This document shows, in pieces, positions 63,500 to 64,000 of a stretch of 64,000 nt of DNA (positions within the stretch are counted from its first letter, which is position 1; each line of letters starts with the position of its first letter). Origin of the DNA: Basidiobolus meristosporus CBS 931.73 (taxonomy: Eukaryota; Fungi; Basidiobolomycota); NCBI GenBank assembly GCA_002104905.1, contig MCFE01000175.1, positions 62,001 through 126,000 on the forward strand, given 5' to 3'. The position numbers were made by a program, and so were the translations under genes. The notes under the pieces are model-generated. The model worked only from the letters and a program-made list of their open reading frames with translations, was not told where the DNA came from and searched no databases.

Positions 63500-64000
63500 C
63501 CACTCTCGGAGATTCCCCAGTCACCGTGTTCTGGTCAGCGGTGGGCATGGGTCCGAGTGCCACTCGTCCACTGGAGACCCCACGGTGCGGACGGTACGAT
63601 CCGGGAGCAATTCTCTCTGGACTGCCGGCTGTTGAGGCCCACGCTGGACGGACCCGAACACCTCCCGGCTTCCCCTTCCCCCCCCCCTCCTCCACACTCC
63701 GTATCGAGGGGCCAGTGAACCACCTGCGCATCTCGTCTCTCCAAACCCATCATCCCCCATGGACTCAACCCTAGCCTACCTCCCCTCGAGTATTCACCCC
63801 GTCGATGGGATCCGGTCGGGACCACCACTAGGTCGTTCCATTTCGGGGGAATCCCGTCGTGGGTCGGCGGCGGGCAATACCACGTAGGCGTTCCGGTTGG
63901 CAGGGAACATGATCAGTTCGTGTGGGAGTGTATGTTTACGGGTAGGTGAGTTCACGTGGATCCTTCTATGTTTACATCGGTATGTGTGTGCGTGTGCGTG
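63500..64000. other. GC- and CpG-rich sequence of unknown identity (CpG-island-like)
   Basis: Abrupt appearance of many CG dinucleotides; no homologue elsewhere in the window. Confidence 0.6.

Noticed and set aside
63405-63828. Protein-coding genes in the GC-rich end
   Set aside because: Several overlapping short ORFs on both strands are expected from high GC; no recognisable motif

Overview
This window is a eukaryotic transposon graveyard, most likely fungal (inference). I found no recognisable host gene, rRNA, tRNA or CRISPR array. Nearly every base is a nested, C>T/G>A-decayed, CpG-depleted repeat. Contents: (1) Ty3/gypsy families, labelled here A, B, C and Y, plus an unassigned LTR family X, with many solo LTRs bounded by target-site duplications (TSDs). 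(2) One Ty1/copia family with a Ty5-type half-tRNA(iMet) primer site, nested into itself; one copy is stretched to 20.5 kb (39832-60357) by later insertions. (3) Many fragments of a CACTA/EnSpm-like (Tnp2) DNA transposon with CCCTA termini and an unknown gene lying head-to-head with the transposase across a conserved 127-bp spacer. (4) A near-intact PIF/Harbinger-superfamily (PHIS, Pangu-like, AAT TSD) element at 51920-55346, with a derived fold-back MITE and decayed copies. The most striking signals are these. Family-A LTRs consistently insert at 4-bp sites centred on a CpG (RCGG/CCGY). The PHIS element splits into a CpG-rich accessory half and a transposase CDS with zero CpG in 885 bp. All coordinates, identities and counts were read by eye.
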